From a virus: a stretch of DNA of 46,915 nt. The position numbers and the translations under genes were made by a program. The first letter of the stretch is position 1, and the number at the start of each line of letters is the position of its first letter. The DNA is taken from the IMG/VR virus record IMGVR_UViG_3300048913_000051, positions 1 through 46,915 of that record. The stretch is one strand, 5' to 3'. The notes below the pieces were generated by a model. The model ran no database searches, was not told the DNA's origin, and was given only the letters and a program-made list of their open reading frames with translations. Below, in pieces: positions 7,912 through 17,433 of the stretch.

Positions 7912-10020
7912 TTAAGAAACCGCGATAGAGTGTCGGGCTAGGTAGTGGCGAACGTACTCGGGCACGTTGAAGCCTTGATTGTAATAGGCGCTTTTTGTAC
8001 GAGATATGCCGCACACGTTGCCTCCCAGTTGATACCAGCCGGCCACCCCAGAACCAGCATCCATACCGTATCGAACGGTCGGCGCCGATCCTGTAGGAAC
8101 GGCTGAAAGGGTCAGAGTGATCGTGGTAGGACCATACGCCACTGCTGTGATCGGCGTATCACCGACGCTATCCCTGTAGACAAACCCGTCCTGTGGAACC
8201 TGGGGCGGCCAATCTGTGCACTTGGATGCAGCGGCAACTCCTGGCGGCAACGCCAAAGTTATCGTGACGGCGACCCCGGAGCGTACCGCCGTCAACATCT
8301 GCATGGGCGTCCATGTCTTGCCGCGGGCCAATTGCAAACGGAAATCAGCATAGACGTCACCCTGCATCATTCGGCCTTCCGCCGTAAGGTGCTGAACGTC
8401 ACTCACTGGATATCCATACATGGCCCCAACCATCTTGGTGTCTGCGCGGGTGTTGTGGTGACTCAGCTGCAAGTTGCCAACCCCGTTGTCTGGGGCAACC
8501 CCTACGATTTGCCACAATGCAATCTTAGGATCATAGGCCTGCCCAGTCAGCGCTCGAATAGCCGGCTTCACGGTGTCCGCCCAAGTAACATAGTCGGCCG
8601 CATAGTTGGCCCCAGCCTCGCCCTGAACTCGTGTGATCCATGGCGTTTCCACTGACCTCGAGTACAGCGCGGCGCAGGCAGCAGCGCGCGCGGTGGAGGT
8701 CATCAGGTTTGTCCAGTTGGTGGTGCCGGACAAAAACCCGCTGGCTGGCGTATCACCCTGCCAGGCTGTGAAGGATACAATCCCCGGCTGCGCCAGACCT
8801 TCCCTGGCCTGTTGCGCGGCCCAAGCAAACCCCTGCATGGTTGCCGGATACTGCCCCAATGGTGTAGCCGGATCGTACAGCGGCGCCAAGTCTGTCAGGG
8901 TGGATCCATCGATAAGCCCGTTGCTGCCCTGGAACTGGAACTTGGCACCGTTGAATGACAGCACGCTATGCGGCCACTGTGGCGTAGTCAGCTTCGGCCC
9001 CGCCGTAACGCCAGTACCAGCCCCACCGGCGTTAGACTGTCCAACTACGGGGATGAACTCCAGAGGTTCCAGCCGACGAACCACAATAGTGTCCAGACTC
9101 CCGGATCGCAGCTGCAGACCGTCATACACCTGTCCGCCTTTATCCTGCACGGTGGCGATGTTGAAGGTGTCGGTCTTTCGAACGTTACTGACCGCATAAC
9201 TACCGCGAATGTCCGACAACGGAAAAAACGGCGCAGCACTCAAGCGGGCCAACAGGTTAGGCGAGGGGATGAAGTCTGGACGGCCATTACTGTCGATCCA
9301 AATCACCTGAAACGGAACCCCGTTGGCGCCATTCTTCCACACCACAGTTTGCCCGGCATATCCGGTTATCCTTGGCGAATCGACGACTGATAGATTCAAC
9401 GCGCCAAGATCCGCCCCGCCGTCATCATGCAGGGACAGAAGGCGCTTATCGCCCTTGTCGATGACGAAAGGATGCTCAGAACAGTCACGGTTGAACTTGC
9501 TCGAGATGCCCGGATAAACCAGCCTGGCGAGTATAGACAGCGCCTCGGCCGGGGAAATCGACGCCAGGAGCGTCGAAGTATTCACATCAATCCGGCGGTA
9601 AACGATCACCGCCGTGGTGATGTTATCACCCTGAACCCTGAAGTCCTGTCCATCAGCGACGGACGCACGCCCGAGCGCTTCAGTAGCATAAATCCCGGAC
9701 TGGATAATCGCTGATGTTGCTGCGGCCGTAGCGATTTCAGCTTGGGTTGCAGATTCGGTAGCGGCCAGAGCAGAACTAATAGCTTGGACCTGGGCCGTAG
9801 CGGCTGAAGTTGAAGCGTTTTCAGCGTTGGATAGGACTCCATCGGCGAGACTCTGCAGCTCTTCCGTTATATCTCCGGCATCTCCCTTGTCGCCTTTATC
9901 ACCCTTGCCCCCTTTGATGACCGCGGCCATTTCCATTGGCACGACAGCAGGCAAAGCCTCGGTAATCTGCATATCCGGCGTTGCGTCTCGAACCAAGAGG
10001 ATCAGATTGTCGTCGCTCAT
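7912..10020 (-). CDS. Tailspike/tail fibre with collagen-like GDK repeat and SGNH (sialate-O-acetylesterase-like) domain
   Basis: GGKGDKGDKGDAGD near the N-terminus. VVGQSNAGG (block I), RVQGEAG (block III) and SDVQHLT (D-x-x-H, block V). Confidence 0.8.
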   Translation of the reverse strand: MSDDNLILLVRDATPDMQITEALPAVVPMEMAAVIKGGKGDKGDKGDAGDITEELQSLADGVLSNAENASTSAATAQVQAISSALAATESATQAEIATAAATSAIIQSGIYATEALGRASVADGQDFRVQGDNITTAVIVYRRIDVNTSTLLASISPAEALSILARLVYPGISSKFNRDCSEHPFVIDKGDKRLLSLHDDGGADLGALNLSVVDSPRITGYAGQTVVWKNGANGVPFQVIWIDSNGRPDFIPSPNLLARLSAAPFFPLSDIRGSYAVSNVRKTDTFNIATVQDKGGQVYDGLQLRSGSLDTIVVRRLEPLEFIPVVGQSNAGGAGTGVTAGPKLTTPQWPHSVLSFNGAKFQFQGSNGLIDGSTLTDLAPLYDPATPLGQYPATMQGFAWAAQQAREGLAQPGIVSFTAWQGDTPASGFLSGTTNWTNLMTSTARAAACAALYSRSVETPWITRVQGEAGANYAADYVTWADTVKPAIRALTGQAYDPKIALWQIVGVAPDNGVGNLQLSHHNTRADTKMVGAMYGYPVSDVQHLTAEGRMMQGDVYADFRLQLARGKTWTPMQMLTAVRSGVAVTITLALPPGVAAASKCTDWPPQVPQDGFVYRDSVGDTPITAVAYGPTTITLTLSAVPTGSAPTVRYGMDAGSGVAGWYQLGGNVCGISRTKSAYYNQGFNVPEYVRHYLARHSIAVS

Positions 10021-10352
10021 TGGGTGGCCCCTTTAACGATGCCGAACACGGTCAGATTGGTTGACCGCTTGAAGTCGTCCGACTCTCGGGTGAAACGGAT
10101 GTCCCAGCACACGCGGGTGATCGGCCAGAGCCCCGTGTCGACGGCCTGGATGAGCAGCGTTCTAGTGGTCAGAGGATCGGCCCAGACGCACGATAGATCC
10201 TCTATCAACTCGCCTACTTCCTGCACCCCCGCGTGAAACCGAAAAAACCGAATCTGTGAGGTTGGAACCCAGCCGACAAAGTAGCCGTCCGGGAGAGACA
10301 AAGGGATCGTTACAACCTTGCTGAATGATGCACCCTGTATGTGGTTGTTCAT
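10017..10352 (-). CDS. Hypothetical protein coupled to the tailspike (111 aa)
   Basis: ORF track. ATGA-type overlap with 7912-10020. Confidence 0.65.
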   Translation of the reverse strand: MNNHIQGASFSKVVTIPLSLPDGYFVGWVPTSQIRFFRFHAGVQEVGELIEDLSCVWADPLTTRTLLIQAVDTGLWPITRVCWDIRFTRESDDFKRSTNLTVFGIVKGATQ

Positions 10353-10379
10353 TCCTGGCTACCGCCCTGTAATGCACTG

Positions 10380-10892
10380 CTAGTTACCATTTTCTATCCC
10401 TCGGTACGACGCCTCGCAATTTAGTCCGCGGACTCTGCTTTCATCAGCTGCGCCCGCCAAATCTCCCGCTCTTTCATCAGCGCGCTTGAACAGCTCGGCA
10501 AGCACCAGGACGGCGCGGCTTGCTGCTTGGCTTGCTGCGGCAGTGCAGGAATGGCTGCCGGCTTGACTTGCGGTACGGCTGGCGACTCTATCGACTTCCC
10601 CGCGCAAGCTGTCAGCAGTAGCGCGAGCAGTGGCAGCATCAGCAGTCGCTGAGTCAATGGCTTTCTGACCATCTTGGATCACCTTGTTGATGGAGAGTTG
10701 ACGGGCTTGCTCTTTGGCGCGCTCGGCAGCCTCGTTGACGGCCTTAGCGGTAGCGTCCATGGTATTGCGATCGTTCCACTTCACCTGCCATTCGGCATTC
10801 TCGACTGATTGGCCGTAGCTGTAGACGAAAAACAGGACGGCACCGATAAGCACAGCAATCACCGCGGCCCCCAAGGCCTTGCCCCAGATCAT
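10380..10892 (-). CDS. i-spanin (Rz-like)
   Basis: ATGA overlap with the endolysin stop. N-terminal TM (ALGAAVIAVLIGAVLFFVY) followed by coiled coil. Confidence 0.75.
   Translation of the reverse strand: MIWGKALGAAVIAVLIGAVLFFVYSYGQSVENAEWQVKWNDRNTMDATAKAVNEAAERAKEQARQLSINKVIQDGQKAIDSATADAATARATADSLRGEVDRVASRTASQAGSHSCTAAASQAASRAVLVLAELFKRADERAGDLAGAADESRVRGLNCEASYRGIENGN
10421..10672 (-). CDS. o-spanin (Rz1-like lipoprotein) embedded in the i-spanin gene
   Basis: Alternative frame inside 10380-10892. Lipobox LLLTAC after a signal sequence. Pro-rich mature part. Confidence 0.7.
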   Translation of the reverse strand: MVRKPLTQRLLMLPLLALLLTACAGKSIESPAVPQVKPAAIPALPQQAKQQAAPSWCLPSCSSALMKEREIWRAQLMKAESAD

Positions 10893-11440
10893 GCCAGCAC
10901 CTTCAGCGCACGACCATAGAACTCCTGGCGCTCTGCCAGGCCGTTGGTGCCGCCATTGATGCGACGAGTCAGCCCTACAAAGTCGCCAGCATCGGCCAAT
11001 GGATTCAAGTTTTTCGAATTCCAGAACCACCCCGCCGACTTGCAGGCCCATTCGGCCTGCTCCAGAAGCTCAGGCGTACTCAGCAGACGGTTATCCCCGA
11101 ACAGCGCCTTGCTGCAGGCCAGGTAGTTGTCGCGCCCGGTGATCTGAATCAGCCCGCGCCCGCGGTACTTCTGTCCGTCACCATCAGCCTCTGGCGTATT
11201 GCCCAAGCGTTCGGCCAGGGTCCCGGTGTCGTACTTACTCAGGTACTGGTCGCCGCCCAGCTCGCGCACATACCGGAACTGGCCGGACTCATGCCCCACC
11301 TGGGCAATGAATGCCGCCATGCGTAAACGGTTGTTGATCTGGAATTGCTCCATGGCCAAATTCAGCGCAGACGCAAAAACGCCTGCTTGTTTTCCGGCAT
11401 CAGGGAGGATCTGCAGCAGTTGTTGCTCGGTGATGGGCAT
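10889..11440 (-). CDS. Endolysin, glycoside hydrolase family 19 (chitinase-like)
   Basis: AAFIAQVGHESG, YRGRGLIQITGRDNY and GGTNGL motifs. Confidence 0.9.
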   Translation of the reverse strand: MPITEQQLLQILPDAGKQAGVFASALNLAMEQFQINNRLRMAAFIAQVGHESGQFRYVRELGGDQYLSKYDTGTLAERLGNTPEADGDGQKYRGRGLIQITGRDNYLACSKALFGDNRLLSTPELLEQAEWACKSAGWFWNSKNLNPLADAGDFVGLTRRINGGTNGLAERQEFYGRALKVLA

Positions 11441-11498
11441 GGCTTTCTCCGTAGAAATCAGCGCACCAAGTGCCGGGTGCGCTTTCTTGTGATAAGTC

Positions 11499-11921
11499 TT
11501 AGGCCGGAGCAGTCGGCCAATCCGGCACTGGGACAGTTACGTCAACTGCTTCGAGCTGCTTGTAGTAAGCCTGCCATGCCTTGGCTTTTGTTGTTACCTC
11601 ATCTGCTCCGTCAAGCTGAAGGGCGAGCAGCAGCGGAGTCATGGCTTGAGAAGCCTGCCCTAGCAAATAATACTGGGTGTTCTGATTTTCTCGCAAAATA
11701 TCTGCCGGGGTCGGTTGATAAGGTGCGGGCGCGGCGAATGTAACACCGTCGTAAGTCCACTGCTGTTGGGGTTGCGGGTCCATATCGGTGATATCGACCA
11801 TTTGGGCAACCATGTTGGGCGTATATCTTTCTTCAATAGGAACATCCACGCCATCTGGATTTACATATGGAGGAATGATCTCGGAAACCTTTCCGTCTTC
11901 AATTAGTGCGTGAGTTCTCAT
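11499..11921 (-). CDS. Tail fibre assembly chaperone (Caudo_TAP-like)
   Basis: Lies directly after the tail fibre stop. C-terminal KAWQAYYKQLEAVDV...PDWPTAP pattern. Confidence 0.75.
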   Translation of the reverse strand: MRTHALIEDGKVSEIIPPYVNPDGVDVPIEERYTPNMVAQMVDITDMDPQPQQQWTYDGVTFAAPAPYQPTPADILRENQNTQYYLLGQASQAMTPLLLALQLDGADEVTTKAKAWQAYYKQLEAVDVTVPVPDWPTAPA

Positions 11922-13520
11922 TTATGAATACTCCCAAACTATTACAATTCCTGGCGCGCCTGCGCCACCTATGCGAGAGCTTCCCGCGCTTGGAATGTTA
12001 GAGGTAGCCCCGCCACCAGAGCCAAAAGATGTTGATGCTGTACCGTTAGTCCCTGAGGCAATATATTGAGCGCCCGGCCCAAATATTGTGCCTCCTGGAA
12101 GGGCTCCGACTATAAACCCAGCCGCCAGCGAAATCATGTTAATGCTGGCGCTTCCAACGTTTGAAGTTATATTTCCACCCGTAGGGGCAGGGCTATTTAA
12201 CGATGCAACGTCAAATGACCCGCCAGACGGTCCTGCAATAGGGCCGCCTCTGCCGCCAGGGCAGCTAATACCGGCGCCAAACGATGATGTTCCTCCGTTG
12301 CCGCCAGCCGACGCCGTTACACCCACGCCACCAAGACCAACTGTAACAGTCGCACCTGAGAATCCAGATGACAGGAGGCTCTTTGCGTATGCGCCAGCAC
12401 CGCCAGGCGCGCCGATTCCATTCTGCCCTGAGGCAGTTGCTGGCGCACCGCCACCAGCACCACCTGCCGCCTGAACCTCTACAATTACGAATTTCGTACC
12501 AGGTGTAGGTGTATAGGTAAATGTTCCAGGCGTGTTGAATATTTGGGGAGCGCCCATTAGGCGCCCCGTTGCCTGCCCGAGCTGCATGGCGTGCTGGCTT
12601 TGCGTGGCGGGGGCGACTTGTTCCGGTGCGCCGGTGCAAAACAGCAGGATGTACGAGCCGCCGCCAACCGAGGTATTCCACTGGACCCAAGCGTCACCGT
12701 TGGCTACCAGCTCTCCACCTTGCAGCGCAGTTTGAGCGCCGCCCACCAGCGCCACCACGCCAACCCCGTCATTGAAGGTCGAAGCGCCCGTGTTAGTGGT
12801 CTTCACCTTAAACTTCAGGACTTGGCCCTCGATGCGCGCGGTAATGGCCGGAGTGAATGCGCAGACGTAGGCGTTGGCGGTGCCGGTATCGATGGCGAAG
12901 CCAGCCTTGTCGCGTTGCTGGCGAGCGCGCAGAGGTGTCATCAGCTTGGTGTTGTCAGTCCCAGCCTCGGCTTCGGCTTGAGTTGCCTGGGCGCCTCGCA
13001 GCTTTGCCGGCGTGACGATCCGGGCGTCATCGGCACCGGTCGTGACTTCGGCCTGCGTGGCAATTTCGGCAATGCCGGCCACTGTTTCGGTTGCTTGGGA
13101 TTGCGTGGCTCGCCCAGCATAAAGCGCCCAGCTAACGCCAATGGATGCTGGCGTAGTGTTGAAGTTGGCCGTGTTGGTATTGACCAGGCTGACATAGGAG
13201 TTCAGCCCGTCATCGGCTTGGATAACGTCGCCAATCGAGTAGCCGCCACTGGCTGTAACGTATGCAGAAGACCACTTGTATTGGCCGCCGCGACCAGTGA
13301 ACACGGTGTGCTCGCTGATCGCCTTGAGCACGCCGTTGATGTCCTGGCCTTGCGGCGGAATGCCGCCAGCTGCCAGCGGCGTCATGGTGACTTGAGGAAA
13401 ACCATAATTCCATGTCGCTTTCTGCGGGCCGTCGCCAGGGCCTGCTGTGTCCGGAATAGGTTCAATAGTCCCCGCTGTGGCATTTTTGCCAAATGGGATC
13501 AGGATCAAATCAGGTTGCAT
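11922..13520 (-). CDS. Tail fibre protein with Gly-rich C-terminal domain
   Basis: N-terminus IPFGKNA...TWNYGFP...GGIPP.GQDINGVL is typical of myophage fibres. The C-terminus has GGAGG/GGNGG repeats. Confidence 0.85.
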   Translation of the reverse strand: MQPDLILIPFGKNATAGTIEPIPDTAGPGDGPQKATWNYGFPQVTMTPLAAGGIPPQGQDINGVLKAISEHTVFTGRGGQYKWSSAYVTASGGYSIGDVIQADDGLNSYVSLVNTNTANFNTTPASIGVSWALYAGRATQSQATETVAGIAEIATQAEVTTGADDARIVTPAKLRGAQATQAEAEAGTDNTKLMTPLRARQQRDKAGFAIDTGTANAYVCAFTPAITARIEGQVLKFKVKTTNTGASTFNDGVGVVALVGGAQTALQGGELVANGDAWVQWNTSVGGGSYILLFCTGAPEQVAPATQSQHAMQLGQATGRLMGAPQIFNTPGTFTYTPTPGTKFVIVEVQAAGGAGGGAPATASGQNGIGAPGGAGAYAKSLLSSGFSGATVTVGLGGVGVTASAGGNGGTSSFGAGISCPGGRGGPIAGPSGGSFDVASLNSPAPTGGNITSNVGSASINMISLAAGFIVGALPGGTIFGPGAQYIASGTNGTASTSFGSGGGATSNIPSAGSSRIGGAGAPGIVIVWEYS

Positions 13521-14136
13521 TATAAAAAACTCCTTGGCCGAATGGCTGCAAGCCCGAGCCGTAAAAACCGAAAAGACCGGCCGGATCGGCGCTTATGATG
13601 ATGCTGATTTCCACGCCGCACGGGCGCGGAAGAATATCGGTGTCGTAAACCAGGTGATGCTGGTACGGCGACAAGTCGAACTCGAAGACGTACCGCATCT
13701 GCATATGCCCGGTAATCAGGCAGTAACACGGCTTGTCGAACATGGCCCGCATCAGCGCGTTTATGTTCGGCGCGGAGGCATAGGCGATGTTGGACAGGGC
13801 TTTCAGCAGGATCAGTTCGCGGTATGCGTCGTTGGTCAGTTCCCAAGTATCCGTTCCGCTGCCAGGGGCGCTGAATGGTCGCTCGTTGAACGGATAGAAG
13901 CCATCCTCGAAGCCGAAGTATTCGCCGGCCGGGTTAACGAACGTCACCGTGCGGCCAATGCCAACAATCCGGCCCCAGATGTCCAGCCCGTAGCTGTTGG
14001 CGTTCGGGATGTCCATCACCAGCCGATAAAAGTCATCGGTGAACTTGTCAGGATCAAGAGCCCCCCACAGGCCAGTAATAATGCTCATCAGCCTTGGGCT
14101 GTTGGCATACTGGCTCATAATCGTTTTTTCGATCAT
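13510..14136 (-). CDS. Baseplate/tail-fibre-attachment protein (DUF2612-like)
   Basis: ATGA-coupled ATG at 14136. Position between the baseplate J gene and the fibre gene. Confidence 0.6.
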   Translation of the reverse strand: MIEKTIMSQYANSPRLMSIITGLWGALDPDKFTDDFYRLVMDIPNANSYGLDIWGRIVGIGRTVTFVNPAGEYFGFEDGFYPFNERPFSAPGSGTDTWELTNDAYRELILLKALSNIAYASAPNINALMRAMFDKPCYCLITGHMQMRYVFEFDLSPYQHHLVYDTDILPRPCGVEISIIISADPAGLFGFYGSGLQPFGQGVFYNAT

Positions 14137-15317
14137 ATGCCCACCAGTGTGACGTTGGCGGTTGATGTGACCGGGAACTGATCGACGCCGAAACGCTGGA
14201 ACTCTTCCCATGTAACGCCGTCAGTGGATAGCTCCAGCTTGACCGGTCGCAGCAGGGCGCTGTCCAGATTCAGCAGGTAATTCGCGCCCACCACCAGGCC
14301 GCCGATGCGGGCGCGGTAGTCGCCGGTCTGGAAGTCTGAAACGATCTGCGTCTTGGCGGCCTGCGAGTTGGCGTAGGAGATGGCCGAAGGATCAACGACG
14401 GTCAGGCGCAATGAAACGGTGACGTGACCGGGACGCTCAAGCTTTACGACGTACTCAGGCGGCAGGGCACCGCCGCTGGCTTCGTCTTTCCAGAGAATCG
14501 ACGTATTGCCCACGAATGCGCAGCCGGTGCCGCCCTTCACCAGAATGGTCTTGGCCAGCTCTTGGTCGTCGCCGCCCACCACCGACACCAGCAGGCTGTT
14601 GCGGATCATCGGGTAATTCGTCTCGCCAATGACGATCGATGCGTCAGTGGGGTTGTCCTCCACAAACACATCAATGACGCCGGACAGGTTGCCGACTGCG
14701 CCGCGCACCGAGGCGTTCATATTCTTGCTGTTGGCCGCGACCGACTCATAACGGCGAGTCTCAAAGTTTGAGCGTGACTCCTGATTAGAACCTGCTGCGG
14801 CAGCGTCCGGGTTTTCGACGCGGTCTAGGCCGTCAATGGTTTCCTTGAAGGTGGTGATGGTCAAAGGCGCGGCCTGAATAGGGCCTGAAGTTGTGCACAG
14901 CGCGGCTACCAACCCGGCGCCGACGGTTGATGCGGCGGCCACTTCCCACTCAAAACCAGCCTCGTCGATGATGAGATAGCCTTGCGGAATGACCGTCCCG
15001 CCAATACCGATAAAGTCCAGCATGGCGATGGAGCGGGTGGCGAGCTTGCGCTTCAGGAAATAGACGGCGCCCAAGGCCTCTTGGAACTGGCCGATGGCAT
15101 AGCGCGGGTCGAAGTTGTTGCCGAGGGCGATCATGGCGCTGTTTTGGTTGTCGATGGCCGCCGTCAGCGACGTGACCAGCTGCCCTTGTGGCGTGCGCGC
15201 GTCTTCGTTCAGATCCTCGCCGAAAGCACCGCGCATGATCTCCCACAGGCCGACCGTGATCGCCTCTCGAGTGGGGGCGACCAGGCCGATGTCGGTGATC
15301 TCGATGACTGGAATCAT
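14133..15317 (-). CDS. Baseplate J-like protein
   Basis: Size, position and overall similarity to the gpJ/gp47 family (by eye). Confidence 0.8.
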   Translation of the reverse strand: MIPVIEITDIGLVAPTREAITVGLWEIMRGAFGEDLNEDARTPQGQLVTSLTAAIDNQNSAMIALGNNFDPRYAIGQFQEALGAVYFLKRKLATRSIAMLDFIGIGGTVIPQGYLIIDEAGFEWEVAAASTVGAGLVAALCTTSGPIQAAPLTITTFKETIDGLDRVENPDAAAAGSNQESRSNFETRRYESVAANSKNMNASVRGAVGNLSGVIDVFVEDNPTDASIVIGETNYPMIRNSLLVSVVGGDDQELAKTILVKGGTGCAFVGNTSILWKDEASGGALPPEYVVKLERPGHVTVSLRLTVVDPSAISYANSQAAKTQIVSDFQTGDYRARIGGLVVGANYLLNLDSALLRPVKLELSTDGVTWEEFQRFGVDQFPVTSTANVTLVGI

Positions 15318-15664
15318 AGTTGTATTTGCCCGGTCTGATTATCTTCATTGGTGAACAGGATGGCGCCACTGGCTACGCGCCCGGTCAATTGTAGCTGAGC
15401 GCTGGCCGACACCACGCCGGTGACGGACTTGGCCGCTTCTTCCAGGTACATCTTGTACAGCGACAGCGGGAAGCCAAACGTCCCCAGCACGTTTTCGAAG
15501 TAGGGGATGCCGGCTGCCTGATCGTAGTACAGATCACGCGAGAATGTGCGGCAAGCGCTGGCCACGTCCTGGGCCTGCTGATAGATGTCACTGGCCACGG
15601 CAATGTTACCAGAAGAATCAAGTGCCAGATCCCACGGCCCAGGCAGAAGAAATAGAGTTCTCAT
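15314..15664 (-). CDS. Baseplate wedge protein (gpW/gp25-like position)
   Basis: ATGA-coupled start at 15664. 116 aa, upstream of the baseplate J gene. Confidence 0.55.
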   Translation of the reverse strand: MRTLFLLPGPWDLALDSSGNIAVASDIYQQAQDVASACRTFSRDLYYDQAAGIPYFENVLGTFGFPLSLYKMYLEEAAKSVTGVVSASAQLQLTGRVASGAILFTNEDNQTGQIQL

Positions 15665-16305
15665 TCCATTGGCACGCTCGGCGTAGTGCCGCCAGTTGGT
15701 GTGTGTCCGATGTGCGCGTTGTACTGATCGCGCATGTCTTGCATGCTGCTGGTGTGGTCGGTGATGTCGCCGGTCGAGGTGATCGGGCAGTTCACCTGCA
15801 GCAGGGTTGCGTCGATTGTAACCGCTGCCGTGGCTTTGATCTTGATGCCGCTGTCGAGGAACTGAATCCACTGCGACGGCGCGCCATTCAGCAGGCCGCC
15901 CAAGTACAGACCATCCGATACGTCATGCGTGCGCAGGCTTGGTGGCGGACCTTCGGTCTTGTTTTGCTTGGTGACGGTAATGTCGCGGCGGGCAAACGCG
16001 GCCAGGCCTATGTCACCCGGCTTCGGGTCGATGATGATCGCGTTAGCGCCACCTTGCAGGCGGAAGTAGGGTAGGTTTTCCATCGGCACGTTGGGGATGC
16101 CCTGGTTGTTGCCGTCCATTTGCTGGATCAGATCGGTTGCAGACAGAAACCCTACCGACCCAGTACCACCAGGCTGTACTTCGTTCACTTTAACCAGCGT
16201 GATGGTATAGGCGCGACCGATTAGCCGCTCAAGGATGAACTCGGCTTCCAGTGGGCCGCCCGATGAATCCTCGGCGCGAAACGGCTTAGCGACTGATTGC
16301 GACAT
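15661..16305 (-). CDS. Baseplate spike/assembly protein V-like
   Basis: Internal ATG at 16305 (MSQSVAKP). The PGDIGLAAFARRDIT block resembles Mu gp45/P2 gpV. Confidence 0.6.
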   Translation of the reverse strand: MSQSVAKPFRAEDSSGGPLEAEFILERLIGRAYTITLVKVNEVQPGGTGSVGFLSATDLIQQMDGNNQGIPNVPMENLPYFRLQGGANAIIIDPKPGDIGLAAFARRDITVTKQNKTEGPPPSLRTHDVSDGLYLGGLLNGAPSQWIQFLDSGIKIKATAAVTIDATLLQVNCPITSTGDITDHTSSMQDMRDQYNAHIGHTPTGGTTPSVPME

Positions 16306-17164
16306 TGTTGGGCTCGTTGTGAGTGGCGCGAATGTCCATAAACCAATTACCACCTGGCACTTCGGACTCAAGGTTTAGTGTAACCCCGAACACCCGCCAG
16401 TCGCCATTGCATGTGGCCATGATCGAGTCAGCAATGCGGATGACGCCGCCGAAGCGAATCGCTGGGCTGAACAGACAGCGAACGTCTACGCCCTGCATCG
16501 TCGGGGCCGGGTACCCAATAAGACCGCTACCAGGTCGTAGCGTGGCGACAGGGATGCTTCGTGGCGCCCCTTGAGGCGCAATGCTGATTCTCTTCTGCTC
16601 GACGTACAGGTCAATCTGGTAGCGCTTGCACAGGGTGCGGATCTTGTTCAAGTCGGTATCGGTCAGGGTCACGTCGGTCATCGTCAAGGAGTCAGGAACG
16701 CCGTTGTTTTCCAGCTCGTAACCCATCTTGTCGGCGATGGTTGCAAGCGCCTGAGCCACGGGAGTGACGCCCTTGAACGTGACAGGTGATGACGCGGTGT
16801 ACATGTCGAGGATGGCGGTCGAACTGGTGATCCGAAACGCCACGTCGGGCGCGTTGCTCATGTCCACGTAACCAAAGGTAATGTTTCCTTCGTACACGGT
16901 AACAAGCTCTTTGCCTTGTTCGCCAGCCTCAACCTTGATCGTGTTTTGCATGCTGCGGATATCACGCCAGCGGATGCGCATCAGCTTGAGCATGGCCGGC
17001 ATGTTAAGGCCGTAGATGATGACCTCGGCCGTCGGCACCACTGAACCATTGCCGAAGTTGATAACGCACAGCGTGCGCAGCTCTTCGGTGATGATCTGAT
17101 TACTCCCATCCGCCAGGGTGTCGCCGACCAGTGTGATGGTGGTGCGAATGATCTTCTTGTTCAT
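16286..17164 (-). CDS. Baseplate hub/tail protein
   Basis: ORF track. Synteny after the tape measure block. Confidence 0.6.
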   Translation of the reverse strand: MNKKIIRTTITLVGDTLADGSNQIITEELRTLCVINFGNGSVVPTAEVIIYGLNMPAMLKLMRIRWRDIRSMQNTIKVEAGEQGKELVTVYEGNITFGYVDMSNAPDVAFRITSSTAILDMYTASSPVTFKGVTPVAQALATIADKMGYELENNGVPDSLTMTDVTLTDTDLNKIRTLCKRYQIDLYVEQKRISIAPQGAPRSIPVATLRPGSGLIGYPAPTMQGVDVRCLFSPAIRFGGVIRIADSIMATCNGDWRVFGVTLNLESEVPGGNWFMDIRATHNEPNNVAISR

Positions 17165-17433
17165 TGCTGCAATCCCATCAGCAGCCAGCGCGAGCCAAGA
17201 CCGGTGTACACCGGATCATCCGTACCCAACGTGTCGGCCAGCTGCAGGCCGAACCCCACCGGGGCATAGGCGCGTAGGGCACGGTTACGCAGCACGTATT
17301 GCCCTGCCTGGAAGATCGAGATGTAGATGTTTTCGAGCCGGGTATCCACCTCAATAGTGTACGGCGTGCCATTCAGCAGGAACGAAACCGACTGATTAGG
17401 GATCGGCTGAAGCGGGATATTCATCAGCGTCAT
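17161..17433 (-). CDS. Tail protein (90 aa)
   Basis: ORF track. ATGA coupling. Confidence 0.6.
   Translation of the reverse strand: MTLMNIPLQPIPNQSVSFLLNGTPYTIEVDTRLENIYISIFQAGQYVLRNRALRAYAPVGFGLQLADTLGTDDPVYTGLGSRWLLMGLQQ

Noticed and set aside
11922-12500. Gly-rich repetitive C-terminus of the tail fibre, considered as a diversity-generating retroelement target.
   Set aside because: There is no reverse transcriptase gene and no template-repeat copy anywhere in the genome.
12591-13598. 335-aa plus-strand ORF antisense to the tail fibre gene. There are similar long antisense ORFs at 25104-26231, 26026-27258, 27992-28747, 19709-20353 and 13447-14181.
   Set aside because: They lie opposite genes with clear structural-protein identity. 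Their translations are Arg/Gly/His/Ala-rich with no motifs. Long open antisense frames are expected at this GC content.
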